Shown: positions 1 through 9,381, counted from the first letter of the stretch. The stretch: DNA of 64,000 bases from Phycisphaerae bacterium (GCA_018055905.1 JAGPGT010000001.1:1075-65074); one strand, 5' to 3'. A program made the numbers and translations. Notes: generated by a model not told the origin, from the sequence alone.

Positions 1-1578
1 GTCGAAACCGCGCGAGAAGGCAGAAAACCTCGCGTTCATGGCCTGCATTACGGAACCGAGATTGAGGAGCAACTGGCCCGCGTTGAAGCGATCGTGCGAA
101 CGAAGGAAGGGGATCTGGCGGACAAGTACGGCTCCCGCTGGGTGGCCCTCAAGCTGATTGAGCAGGATGACGAGGTCGTCGGCAAGATTCAGCACCAGGA
201 GGTTCTGGACGCGGCGGCCAAGAGCGTCGCTTATCTACGGAATATTTTCCGTGACGAACCGGAGATCGTGCTGGCCGACCGGCGATACGGGTTCATCTCC
301 GGCGCCTGCCAGGAGACGATCAAAAATACGGTCGAGCGACGGCACGACGCCAGCGACGTGATCGATGCAGTCGTGACCAACCGATTTCTGGGCCTGCCAA
401 TCTTTCTTTTGCTGATGTATGCGGTCTTCTGGCTGACGTTCACCCTGGGCGAGTTCCCGATGCAGGTTTTGGAGGGATTGTTCGGCTGGCTCGGGACCGC
501 GGTGTCGGGGTTGTGGCCTGCCGGCAGCGAGAGCCGGTTACGGTCCCTGCTCGTGGAGGGTATCATCGCGGGCGTCGGTGGTGTCGTGGTTTTTCTGCCG
601 AACATTCTGCTGCTGTTCCTGGCGATCGCGATGCTGGAAGACACCGGCTACATGGCCCGTGCCGCGTTTGTGATGGACCGGATTATGCACAAGATCGGTC
701 TGCACGGCAAGAGCTTCATTCCCATGCTGATCGGCTTCGGCTGTTCTGTTCCCGCCATCATGGCGACGCGGATCCTGGAGAACCAGCGGAATCGCCTCAC
801 CACGATCATGGTCATCCCGCTGATGAGTTGCGGGGCGAGGCTCACGATCTATTCGCTCATCATTCCGGCCTTCTTCGCCCCCGCCTGGCGCGGCCCCGTG
901 ATGTGGCTGGTCTACTTCATCGGCATCCTCTTGGCGGTGATTTGCGCCAAAGTACTTCGTCTGACGATCTTTCAGGGCGAGACCATGCCGTTCGTGATGG
1001 AGTTGCCGCCGTACCGGATGCCGACGCCTCGGTCGGTGGTGATTCACATGTGGCAGCGGGGCTGGATGTTCCTCAAGAAGGCCGGCACCGTCATCCTGGG
1101 AATCTCGGTGGTCTTGTGGTTTTTGGCGAGCTTCCCGAAGCCCGCTCCCGAACGGCTGGCGGGATTGGACGACGAGCAGGCCCAGCAGGTTTCCCTGGAG
1201 CATTCGGTCATCGGACGGGTGGGCCGGTTCGTCGAGCCTGCCATCCGACCGCTGGGATTCGATTGGCGGATCGGCACGGCGTTGATCGGCGCCACGGCCG
1301 CCAAGGAAGTCTTCGTTTCTCAGTTGAGCATCGTATATGCGACGGGATCCGGCGACAACGCCGACCTGCTGCGGCAGAAGCTCCAAGCCAATTACACGCC
1401 GCTGGTGGGGTTCTGCGTTATGCTGTTTTCTCTGATCGCCACGCCGTGCGTCGCGACGATCGCGATGACCAAGCAGGAAACCAACTCGTGGCGATGGGCT
1501 GCCTTCCAGTTCTTCGGCCTGACGGTCCTGGCGTATGTGATTACCCTGGTGGTGTTCCAGGTGGGCAGCCGGATATGA
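1..1578 (+). CDS. feoB: Ferrous iron transporter FeoB, membrane portion; 5' end lies upstream of the window
   Basis: Frame 1 is open from base 1, before the listed ORF 94..1578. Polytopic membrane protein with FeoB-type segments (GLPIFLLLMYAVFWLTF; FLPNILLLFLAIAMLEDTGYMARAAFVMDRIMHKIGLHGKSFIPMLIGFGCSVPAIMATR). Confidence 0.9.
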   Translation, partial: VETAREGRKPRVHGLHYGTEIEEQLARVEAIVRTKEGDLADKYGSRWVALKLIEQDDEVVGKIQHQEVLDAAAKSVAYLRNIFRDEPEIVLADRRYGFISGACQETIKNTVERRHDASDVIDAVVTNRFLGLPIFLLLMYAVFWLTFTLGEFPMQVLEGLFGWLGTAVSGLWPAGSESRLRSLLVEGIIAGVGGVVVFLPNILLLFLAIAMLEDTGYMARAAFVMDRIMHKIGLHGKSFIPMLIGFGCSVPAIMATRILENQRNRLTTIMVIPLMSCGARLTIYSLIIPAFFAPAWRGPVMWLVYFIGILLAVICAKVLRLTIFQGETMPFVMELPPYRMPTPRSVVIHMWQRGWMFLKKAGTVILGISVVLWFLASFPKPAPERLAGLDDEQAQQVSLEHSVIGRVGRFVEPAIRPLGFDWRIGTALIGATAAKEVFVSQLSIVYATGSGDNADLLRQKLQANYTPLVGFCVMLFSLIATPCVATIAMTKQETNSWRWAAFQFFGLTVLAYVITLVVFQVGSRI

Positions 1579-1663
1579 TTTCAGTATGTCGTGGAGAAGA
1601 TTCGCGATCGGGTCCGATCGAGGTTGAAAGTTCAGCCGTGACGAACAGTGGAGGGACCGGAAC

Positions 1664-2128
1664 GTGTCGATGTCGGAAAACACCAGTCGACGGGACGAAT
1701 TGCATGATGTCGGTGCCGTGGAGGCCAAAGAACCATCGGGTGGGACCGGGTCCGCATGGATCGATTCGCGGCAGCTCTTCGGCGATCGCGACGAGAACGC
1801 CCAGGCGGACTTTGAGCGAATCGACCATGAGAACGCCGACGCGGCGGTGCCGCTGACGATGGACGGGACGGTCGAGGGCACGCCGATCACGGATTTCTCC
1901 CTGTCCTGGTACAAACTGGTCGAGCCGGGGCTGGGCGAGCCGTTTACTATGGCGATCGATGTTACCGAGTCTGTCAAGCGATTGTTGACAGAAGGCGCGT
2001 CGTTCTCAGGGTTCGTGATCTCCTGTTCTCCGGACGGCGAGTTCTGTCTGGCCAGCGTAGACCTCGTCGACGACGTCCGCGGCAAAGTGTATCTGCCCAA
2101 GCTGGTGTTACAGACCTCGCTGGAGTAG
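1664..2128 (+). CDS. Hypothetical acidic protein, no recognisable domain
   Basis: GGAGGGA about 8 nt upstream of GTG 1664 (ATG 1670 is an alternative). Same strand as feoB, 86 nt downstream. Third codon positions are strongly G/C like neighbouring real genes. Confidence 0.5.
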   Translation: MSMSENTSRRDELHDVGAVEAKEPSGGTGSAWIDSRQLFGDRDENAQADFERIDHENADAAVPLTMDGTVEGTPITDFSLSWYKLVEPGLGEPFTMAIDVTESVKRLLTEGASFSGFVISCSPDGEFCLASVDLVDDVRGKVYLPKLVLQTSLE

Positions 2129-2248
2129 CGGAGCCAAATCTTCTCGGTACTCGCAGGGACCGGGGCGCCGGTATGGAGGTTGCAGCCGTATGCTCTGCCG
2201 CCGCCTCGGTCACTGTTTTCACGTCCTACGCATTCCACTCTCGAATGC

Positions 2249-2290
2249 CCTAGTAATAAAGTTGCATTACTAGGCAATCTCTGGTACTGT
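2249..2290 (+). promoter_or_regulatory. Candidate promoter TTGCAT-N17-TACTGT overlapped by a palindromic operator CCTAGTAAT-N8-ATTACTAGG
   Basis: Perfect 9-bp inverted repeat at 2249-2257 / 2266-2274. TTGCAT at 2262-2267, a 17-nt spacer, TACTGT at 2285-2290. Lies in a lower-GC stretch between the feoB-linked ORF and the barrel/cytochrome genes. Confidence 0.4.
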
Positions 2291-2574
2291 GTCGAAGAAT
2301 CTTCAGAAAATGGGGAGGAGGGTCTTGAAGAGGCGATCATCTTCTGCTATCAGGAGGATGTCGCCCTGATCTGGTGACGCGTCGGAAACAGGGGAACGAC
2401 TGATTCTGGGGTTGACTGCGGGCAGGGGATGCCTAGGCAGTCCGCGATGGGATAGAGTTGCAGGGGGACATTGAGACAGACGCCAACAATCCAGAGATGT
2501 TTCCAATCGCGGCAAAGCTATGTGATTTTCTGTGGAACCAACGCCGCAAAGGCCGCCATACAAAGGAGTGGAGT

Positions 2575-3453
2575 ATGAACTTTCGATCCCATTCATCCGG
2601 AAAGTTGTCAGCCATGTCGCGTTGGGGCCGGACATGCCTGAACGGGGGCATGGCGACTGGAGCGTTGTTTGTGGCCCTTAGCATGGCTGTCAACGCGCAG
2701 GCTCAATACTTCTTCAAGGTGTATCCGTATAAGACGGCGGACGCCGGCGCCCTTGAGGTCAGCTACTTCTCGACGTTCATTCCCTCCTCCGATGGGGGGC
2801 TGGAGTTCAGCAATGGCGAACAGTACTCGCGGGAGGACCTGTGGGCCCATTCGGTCGAGCTCGAATACGGTCTGTCCCATAAGTTGACCGTCGGCTATTA
2901 TGCGGATTTCCTTCATCCTGATGATGGTGATTTCGAGTACATCCAGTCCAAGCTCTTGGTACGGTATCGTTTGTTCGAGAAGTTCGAGCTGCCAGTCGAT
3001 CTGGCCTTGTACGGTGAATACATCATCCCGTCGCGGGACTATAGCGACTCGGAGAAGCTTGAGTTCCGTGTCATCATCGAGAAGAGCTTCGGCCCGTGGC
3101 GACTGGACCTCAACCCGATCCTGGAGAAAGTGACCAGCGGGGACGACGTCGAGGAGGGTCTGGAGTTCGCGTACGCAGCGGGGCTCTACTACGAGAACAT
3201 GGGAGAGGGGATCTGGTGCACCGATACACTGCACGTCGTGCCGGGAGTTGAGTTCTACGGTTCGACCGGGGAACTGGCGGCGGCCGGCGGCTGGGACGAA
3301 CGCCGTCACTATATCTTCCCGGTCATCGATGTCTTTTTTCCAGGCTATTCGGACTGGAAAGTCCACTGGAATTTTGGACCGGGGTTCGGCATTAGCGACG
3401 CGGCCGACGACGTTGTGATCAAGAGCATTTTGACGGCCGAGTTTGTCTTTTGA
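2575..3453 (+). CDS. Putative outer-membrane beta-barrel protein
   Basis: AAGGAG 8 nt upstream of ATG 2575. Signal peptide ends ...SMAVNAQAQ. Alternating hydrophobic beta-strand pattern throughout. C-terminal TAEFVF, a terminal aromatic typical of OMPs. The listed ORF 2458.. is an upstream in-frame extension. Confidence 0.6.
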   Translation: MNFRSHSSGKLSAMSRWGRTCLNGGMATGALFVALSMAVNAQAQYFFKVYPYKTADAGALEVSYFSTFIPSSDGGLEFSNGEQYSREDLWAHSVELEYGLSHKLTVGYYADFLHPDDGDFEYIQSKLLVRYRLFEKFELPVDLALYGEYIIPSRDYSDSEKLEFRVIIEKSFGPWRLDLNPILEKVTSGDDVEEGLEFAYAAGLYYENMGEGIWCTDTLHVVPGVEFYGSTGELAAAGGWDERRHYIFPVIDVFFPGYSDWKVHWNFGPGFGISDAADDVVIKSILTAEFVF

Positions 3454-3501
3454 TAGGATCTGAACGGGACTTGGGTCCCTCTGATGAAAGGTGGACTTCC
3501 T

Positions 3502-4983
3502 ATGAAACGCCTGCTCCTTCTATCGCTGATCGCCGCGGTCTGTAGTGGCACCGTACTGCTGCCTCATTTCGTGCAAGGAGCTCCGAAGAAGCAACCACAG
3601 TACGCGATGCACCATTGGGAAGACCCTTACGATTGTATCGGCTGTCACCAGGAGCGATACGCGGACTGGTCGACGTCGCAGATGTCCCGAGGGTTCACCG
3701 GCGATTTCTTTCAATCGCAGTATTTTCAGCACGCGGTGAAGGATGCCGAGCGGGATCCCCGGTTGAAAGATTTGGCTGCCGATTGTCTGGGTTGCCATTC
3801 TCCCTCGGCGTTTCTTTCGAAGCTTGTCCCGCCACCGCCTTCTCGCGAACGGGACAGCTTCTGGAATCAGGATTGGCCGTGGCTGGATTCCTACACCACG
3901 CTGGGGCAGATGGCAAAGGGACTCGCGAGCGAAACCGTCAATCCGCCCAAACAGAACCAGCGATGGCGCAACAGCCTGCCTCCCCCCAAACAGGATGCCG
4001 ACCGGGGTGTTTTCTGCGATTTCTGCCATTCGATTGTGAGCATCGACGGGCGACTGCCTTTCAACCACAACTATGTGCCCGATGCCGGCCCCGGCCGGAA
4101 TAAGAAACGCGCGGATCTGGAATTTCCCTGGTCGCCATACCATGGGACGCAGGTGTCCGAGCTGTACGAAAGCGCCGACCTGTGCGGCATGTGCCACAAC
4201 GAGAAGAATACGTTTGGCGTCTGGGTTAAGGCGACTCACAACGAATGGAGCGAAACCATGTATGCCAAACGTGATATTGTCTGCCAGTGGTGCCACATGC
4301 CGCCGCGGGAGGGCAAACCGGCAAAGATGGGACGCGAGCGGCCGTGGAATCATCGGCACTGGTTCGGCGGCGGGTTCACCGGTTTCGTCGAAGGGGCGGC
4401 GAATGTGAACATCCTGTTCCATGAGGATTCCGTCAAAGCCGGGGCCGCCGTGCCGCTCGAGATCACGGTGGGCGACATTGCGACCGGGCACTTCTTTCCG
4501 ACCGGTGCGACCGAGGAACGCGACGTTTGGCTGCATCTGGGTGTCTATGATGGCGAGGGCAAAGAACTGCAGCACATCACGATCCCCCCAAATCCAGACG
4601 ATCCAAATGACCGCTATTTCATCACATCGAATGCCAAAGAGGCATATCCAAGCCACAGCGACTACGGCTCGGCCTTGGCACGGGATACCCTGCCGGAGGG
4701 GGATCGCATTTACCAGGATGTGTTCCTCGACTCCAAGGGCAAGGTCACGTTCGGCCAGTGGTACGCCGTGCGGATCGTGGGCAACCGGCTGAAGCCGGAG
4801 GAAACCCGCACCGAGAAGTACCGCTGGATTGTACCGGCCGACCTGGCGGGCAAAGAGGTCTATTTGAAGGCGAGCCTCTGGTACCGACGGATGGCCGATT
4901 CCCACGCCGAGCATCTGGGGATAGACAAACGCCCGCACCTACTTGTCTCGCAGGATGAGAAGAAGATCACTGTTGTCGAGTGA
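3502..4983 (+). CDS. Secreted pentaheme c-type cytochrome
   Basis: Five CxxCH motifs (CIGCH, CLGCH, CDFCH, CGMCH, CQWCH) in the N-terminal ~270 aa, then a heme-free C-terminal domain of ~230 aa. Signal peptide MKRLLLLSLIAAVCSG.... AGGTGGA upstream of ATG 3502 (ATG 3484 is an alternative). Confidence 0.85.
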   Translation: MKRLLLLSLIAAVCSGTVLLPHFVQGAPKKQPQYAMHHWEDPYDCIGCHQERYADWSTSQMSRGFTGDFFQSQYFQHAVKDAERDPRLKDLAADCLGCHSPSAFLSKLVPPPPSRERDSFWNQDWPWLDSYTTLGQMAKGLASETVNPPKQNQRWRNSLPPPKQDADRGVFCDFCHSIVSIDGRLPFNHNYVPDAGPGRNKKRADLEFPWSPYHGTQVSELYESADLCGMCHNEKNTFGVWVKATHNEWSETMYAKRDIVCQWCHMPPREGKPAKMGRERPWNHRHWFGGGFTGFVEGAANVNILFHEDSVKAGAAVPLEITVGDIATGHFFPTGATEERDVWLHLGVYDGEGKELQHITIPPNPDDPNDRYFITSNAKEAYPSHSDYGSALARDTLPEGDRIYQDVFLDSKGKVTFGQWYAVRIVGNRLKPEETRTEKYRWIVPADLAGKEVYLKASLWYRRMADSHAEHLGIDKRPHLLVSQDEKKITVVE

Positions 4984-5001
4984 TTCGGCCCAGGTTTATT
5001 C

Positions 5002-5331
5002 TCAGCTTTGCGACAATCCCTTGGCGTTGTCAGGAGACTGCTGTGGCGCATCCGGGTGGCCGATGTCTGTGCCAAAACCCTGTTCCGGGTTTCGTATCGC
5101 GACGATCAGGGCGCCGGCGGCGGCGCCGGCGGAGTAACTGAACGCCAAGAACCAGTTGTTAGTCCGGATAAAATTCGACAATACCCACAACCCCAAGAGA
5201 TTTTCGATAAAGACAATGCAGACGAGAAGCGTCTTCTCGCCGCGGGCGCACGCTAAGGTACGTCGCAACGCCAAGTACCATTCGCCGCAACCAACCGACA
5301 GGTAAAGGATCATCGTCGAGAGGAGGTTCAT
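5002..5331 (-). CDS. Small membrane protein, DUF5698/UPF0316 N-terminal-domain-like
   Basis: LRRTLACARGEKTLLVCIVFIENLLGLWVLSNFIRTNNWFLAFSYSAGAAAGALIV aligns by eye with the UPF0316 membrane-domain pattern (IRT..V.G.......FFE..IW......V......Y..G...G). AGGAGG is 6 nt upstream of the ATG at 5331. Confidence 0.5.
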   Translation of the reverse strand: MNLLSTMILYLSVGCGEWYLALRRTLACARGEKTLLVCIVFIENLLGLWVLSNFIRTNNWFLAFSYSAGAAAGALIVAIRNPEQGFGTDIGHPDAPQQSPDNAKGLSQS

Positions 5332-5580
5332 AGTCATCCTCCTGCCCGCAGGTCCAAGAAACCACGATGTTCTGGGTTATTTCCATGGCCTTAGTATACC
5401 ACATCGACCGTCGTTATGCAATTCTCTTCCAGGGTATCTTATAACGTAACCTCTTTCCTATCAGAGATTTATGTAGATAAGGAAAATACGGGGCCGACGA
5501 ACAAAAGGGTTTCTTATACGTACAGATACCCATTTGTGCGAATTGTTCCTGGGATGTCGTGACAGGTGCGTCTGGACAGA

Positions 5581-6534
5581 CTACGGGAGTATTCGTTCCT
5601 GGCGAAACCAGGCGATGAAACGGGTCAGGCCGGTCCGGATGTTGGTGGACGGCTTGTAGCCCAGACGTGATTCGGCTTTGGATACGTCTGCGTAGGTCCG
5701 ATCGACATCCCCCGGCTGGAGAGGCAGTTGCTGGCGAATCGCCTTCTTGCCTAAAGCGTGTTCAAGTTCGGCGATGAGGTCGTTGACGCTGATGGGTTGA
5801 GATTCCCCGAGGTTGTAAATCTCATAGCCGACGCAGCGTTCCATCGCGGCGACGATCCCGTTGAGGATATCGTCGATGTAAGTGAAATCTCGCATCATGG
5901 TGCCGTCGCCGTAAATCGGGACGGGCTTGCCTTCCTCAATCAGACGAGTGAACTTGTGAATGGCCAGGTCCGGCCGTTGGCGAGGACCGTAGACCGTGAA
6001 GAACCGCAGGCAAGTGATCGCCAGACCGTGCAGGTGGTGATACGTGTGGCAGATCAGTTCACCCGCTTTTTTCGTCGCTGCGTAGGGCGAGATCGGGAAG
6101 TCTACGTTGTCGTCTTCGGAGAAGGGGACCTTCCGGTTGTTGCCGTAGACGCTGGAACTCGATGCGAAGATGAATTTGGGGACGCCTCGTTTTCGAGCGG
6201 CTTCCAGGAGCGTGACGGTGCCGTTGACGTTGACGTCGGCGTAGAGGGCAGGCTCGACGATGGAGGGTCTGACCCCAGCTCGTGCTGCCAGATGGACGAT
6301 CACGTCGGTTCCAGGTTCGACGGCTCGTTCCATCGCGGCTCTGTCGCGAATGTCCGCTTCGATGAGCTGAAAGGCGGGATTCGACAGGCTGGCGGCGATG
6401 TTGCGTCGCTTGGTGGCCGGATCATAGAAAGCGTCGAAGCTGTCCACGCCCACGATGGTCCAGCCGTCCCTGAGAAGTCGCTCGATCAGATGCGATCCAA
6501 TGAATCCCGCTGCTCCGGTCACCAGTGCTTTCAT
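5581..6534 (-). CDS. NAD-dependent sugar-nucleotide epimerase, UDP-glucuronate 4-epimerase-like
   Basis: Rossmann motif VTGAAGFIGSHL, catalytic YAATK, and RFFTVYGPRQRPDLA, which is typical of the UDP-GlcA 4-epimerase/CapI subgroup. Starts 9 nt downstream of galU. Confidence 0.8.
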   Translation of the reverse strand: MKALVTGAAGFIGSHLIERLLRDGWTIVGVDSFDAFYDPATKRRNIAASLSNPAFQLIEADIRDRAAMERAVEPGTDVIVHLAARAGVRPSIVEPALYADVNVNGTVTLLEAARKRGVPKFIFASSSSVYGNNRKVPFSEDDNVDFPISPYAATKKAGELICHTYHHLHGLAITCLRFFTVYGPRQRPDLAIHKFTRLIEEGKPVPIYGDGTMMRDFTYIDDILNGIVAAMERCVGYEIYNLGESQPISVNDLIAELEHALGKKAIRQQLPLQPGDVDRTYADVSKAESRLGYKPSTNIRTGLTRFIAWFRQERILP

Positions 6535-6543
6535 GCTCTCTCC

Positions 6544-7410
6544 CTACATGTTTTGGGCTAACTGTCTGATGTATTTTCGCAACTCGTCGGCCATGTCCTG
6601 CCGTTTGAGGGCGAATTCGATGTTGGTCCGAACGAAGCCGTCTTTGTTACCGATGTCGCAACGGCGGCCCTGGAGTTTGAGACCGTAGACGGGACGGATC
6701 TTCACCAGCGAGCGGAGCGGTTCGGTCAGATCGATTTCGCCGTTGCTGCCAGGCAAGAGCTTTGCAATGTAGTCCATGATGTCCGGCGTGAGAAGGTATC
6801 GGCTGGCGATGGCCAGACGCGAGGGGGCTTTCTGGGGTTTGGGTTTTTCGACGAGGTCCTTGATACGATAGACACCGGGCTCGACCTCCTCGCCATCGAT
6901 GATCCCGTAGAGGCTCACTTTCGTGGGCTCGACTTCCTCCAATAGAATGACTGGAGCTTGGAGCCGCTGGTAGAGCTCTACCAATTGAAGGGCCGCGGGT
7001 TTGGGGGCGTCCATGACCGTGTCCCCCAACAGGATGACGAACGGCTCATTGTTGACGTGGTGGCGGGCGCAGTAGACCGCGTCGCCCAAACCTCGCATCT
7101 CTTTCTGCCAGACAAAGTGAATGTCCGCCAACTCTGAGATACGCCGCATGGCCTCCAACTCTGCGGTCTTGCCCTGCGATTCGAGCTGCCGCTCGAGCTG
7201 AAAACTGCGGTCAAAGTGTTCTTCGATGGCTCGTTTACCTTTGCCGATGATCATCAGAAGGTCGGTGATGCCTGCCTGGACGGCCTCTTCGACGACGTAC
7301 TGAATGACCGGTGTATCGACGATCGGCAGCATCTCCTTGGGCTGCGACTTGGTGGCGGGCAGGAAGCGGGTCCCGAATCCCGCCGCGGGAATGACGGCCT
7401 TGCGGATCAT
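6544..7410 (-). CDS. galU: UTP--glucose-1-phosphate uridylyltransferase family (GalU-type)
   Basis: Canonical N-terminus KAVIPAAGFGTRFLPATKSQPKEMLPIVDTPVIQYVVEEA. ATGA start/stop overlap with the upstream GHMP kinase gene. Confidence 0.88.
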   Translation of the reverse strand: MIRKAVIPAAGFGTRFLPATKSQPKEMLPIVDTPVIQYVVEEAVQAGITDLLMIIGKGKRAIEEHFDRSFQLERQLESQGKTAELEAMRRISELADIHFVWQKEMRGLGDAVYCARHHVNNEPFVILLGDTVMDAPKPAALQLVELYQRLQAPVILLEEVEPTKVSLYGIIDGEEVEPGVYRIKDLVEKPKPQKAPSRLAIASRYLLTPDIMDYIAKLLPGSNGEIDLTEPLRSLVKIRPVYGLKLQGRRCDIGNKDGFVRTNIEFALKRQDMADELRKYIRQLAQNM

Positions 7411-8426
7411 GTCTTGGCGGTTCCTACTCCAGGGACAATCTTGGGTTTGATGACTTTGATGTTGAGTTTTTCAAGTGTCTTCTTCAGATTGGCGAACATT
7501 CGCTCGTCGGTATACGTGCCGACGATGGCCCCGCCGGAGCCGGTGAACTTGGCGCTGGCGCCGACGGACCGTGCGGCCTGGACCATGCGGAGGTTCTCTT
7601 CCGCGATCTTGTAGATCTCGCACCGTTTGTCGAAGTTGGCGTTCAGCATGGCGGGAATCCCATCGAGTTCCCCCTTGAGCAGGCATTTTTTAACTTTCTC
7701 GGCGAGGTTCGCCCAGAATTTCATAGCGTTGACGACCTTGGACTCACCCTGTTCAAAGCGATGTCGGATGTTGTTGTGGAATTTTTCCGTTGGTTCGCTC
7801 AGGTCGTCGCGATACGCGATGTACAACTTGGGCAGCAGCTTGGGGTCCATGGGTTCATAGTTACCATACCCCTGTTTCTGCATGATTTCCTTGGCGAAAT
7901 TCATGTAGACCAATCCTTCATAGGCTTGGATGACGCGGTCCTGGAGACCCGCCGGGATGTGCAGTTCCTGCGCCTCGGCCGCCAGGACGAGATTGGCCTG
8001 GACGTACCGCGGAAAGCTCACGCCATAAAAGGCCATCAGGGCCCGCAGGCACGCGGTGATGATCGCACTGGAGCCGGCCAGGCCGACGCCGTGGGGGATG
8101 TCCGAGTTGTAGCGGATCGAGAAGTTCTTGTCGTGCAGGTCGATCTGATGTTCCCTGCAGTAGTCGAAAAACCGCTTGATCGTGGCTTTCAGCAGGCGGA
8201 TGCCGCCGTAGTAACCGTGTAGTTGAACATCATTGACCAGAGCCTGAATGCTGGTGAAGCAGGAACGGTCTTTCTCGCTGGGGAGGATCTCCAACTCGGG
8301 CGTTTCGTACAGGATCACTTCCGCGCGAAAGTTGCTGAACGCGAACGCGATGGTCTTGCCAAAATACCCGTCGGAGGGATTTCCCACGAGTCCGGCTCTG
8401 GGATACGCCTGCGTCCGAATAATCAT
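7407..8426 (-). CDS. GHMP-family sugar-1-kinase, glucuronokinase-like
   Basis: N-terminus AYPRAGLVGNPSDGYFGKTIAFAFSNF resembles plant glucuronokinase (ARVGLLGNPSD.Y.G.T...). GHMP motif II PHGVGLAGSSAIITA. Confidence 0.7.
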   Translation of the reverse strand: MIIRTQAYPRAGLVGNPSDGYFGKTIAFAFSNFRAEVILYETPELEILPSEKDRSCFTSIQALVNDVQLHGYYGGIRLLKATIKRFFDYCREHQIDLHDKNFSIRYNSDIPHGVGLAGSSAIITACLRALMAFYGVSFPRYVQANLVLAAEAQELHIPAGLQDRVIQAYEGLVYMNFAKEIMQKQGYGNYEPMDPKLLPKLYIAYRDDLSEPTEKFHNNIRHRFEQGESKVVNAMKFWANLAEKVKKCLLKGELDGIPAMLNANFDKRCEIYKIAEENLRMVQAARSVGASAKFTGSGGAIVGTYTDERMFANLKKTLEKLNIKVIKPKIVPGVGTAKT

Positions 8427-8541
8427 GTCGTTTCCCCTCGCAAAAAACTACAGGATCCTTACCTGTGTCCGTTTGGACCAAGCCTGGGGATTGCTCCGTC
8501 CTTTAGGCCGGGCGAGGTCACCAGAGTCGCCGAGGGCACAG

Positions 8542-9111
8542 TTAGGTTTTCGGTTCCGGCTGTTTCTCGACGGGTTCGATCATGTCCACATCGATCTCGA
8601 CGCTCGCGGCCTGACCCAGCAAATCGATCTGGAGCACCAGGCGTGTGTCGCTTTTGGTCTGGATAACGATCCCCTCCAGACCCAGCAGGGGCCCGGCGAT
8701 CACGCGGCACCATTGCCCCTTGTTGAGGTACTTGTGCGGGATCAAAGGGACCCCGGCTCGGAGGGCCCGTTCAAATCGCACTAATTCATCGATTAGGCCT
8801 GCTTGGTTGTTCACTTCGATCAGGCTCGCCACGCGGTTGGTTTTGAGCAGTTCGATCCGACCGTTCTCGTCGCTGCAGAAGAACACATACCCGGTGAACA
8901 GGGGCAACAGCGATTTGATGGTTCGATGGCTCTGGCGACGTACCTTCCAGGTCATCGGCAAGAAATAGCTGACATTTCGGGCCATCAGGTCATGGGCCAG
9001 GGCTTTTTCGTTTCTGCTCTTGGTATGGGCGACCCACCACCGACCCTCGAATTGGCGGATTGATTCCGCCGGAGGCCAAACCAACGGAGGGTTATCCTCA
9101 ATCTTCAGCAC
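8542..9111 (-). CDS. Specialised NusG paralog (NGN + KOW; RfaH/UpxY/LoaP-like antiterminator)
   Basis: NGN-like WWVAHTKSRNEKALAHDL...LPLFTGYVFF and KOW-like KGQWCRVIAGPLLGLEGIVIQ. GTG start with GGGAG 6 nt upstream. First gene of the sugar operon. Confidence 0.75.
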   Translation of the reverse strand: MLKIEDNPPLVWPPAESIRQFEGRWWVAHTKSRNEKALAHDLMARNVSYFLPMTWKVRRQSHRTIKSLLPLFTGYVFFCSDENGRIELLKTNRVASLIEVNNQAGLIDELVRFERALRAGVPLIPHKYLNKGQWCRVIAGPLLGLEGIVIQTKSDTRLVLQIDLLGQAASVEIDVDMIEPVEKQPEPKT

Positions 9112-9239
9112 GCGCTACTCCCACCTTGGGTTGCCGCGGCGTTTTTGCGGAGCAATCCAACATCCCCCGCATGCTTCCTGCAACCCTTGATTCTTAAACC
9201 GACGGTATCCCGTCAGCCGATTTCATATAAATGGGTCCT

Positions 9240-9268
9240 AGTGTAGTAACATCCCGTCAGAATGTCAA
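9240..9268 (-). promoter_or_regulatory. Candidate sigma70-type promoter TTGACA-N17-TACACT for the NusG-paralog operon
   Basis: On the minus strand, TTGACA (plus 9263-9268), a 17-nt spacer, TACACT (plus 9240-9245). Implies a leader of ~120 nt before GTG 9111. Confidence 0.5.
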
Positions 9269-9381
9269 AACAAATGGGTTTCCGCAGCCCCAGAGCGGGG
9301 TGGTCTGCCTTGGTTTTGCGGCGAGACGTTTTTCAATGGCGTACCACGTTTGTCGAGAGGTAGGGCCTGCGAGGTGAGAGT

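Noticed and set aside
2259-2267. AAGTTGCAT shared between the 2249-2274 palindrome and the 16831-16845 Fur-type palindrome, suggesting one regulator for both
   Set aside because: An 8-9-mer match is close to chance expectation in 64 kb on two strands. The partner half-site (TGCAACT) is absent at 2251-2258, so the two palindromes are treated as different operators.
538-2340. 600-aa ORF on the minus strand (and 447-aa ORF 513..1856 on the plus strand) overlapping feoB
   Set aside because: Antisense or out-of-frame to an unmistakable FeoB reading frame. The translations are Arg/Pro/Gly/His-rich low-complexity strings typical of spurious ORFs in high-GC DNA.
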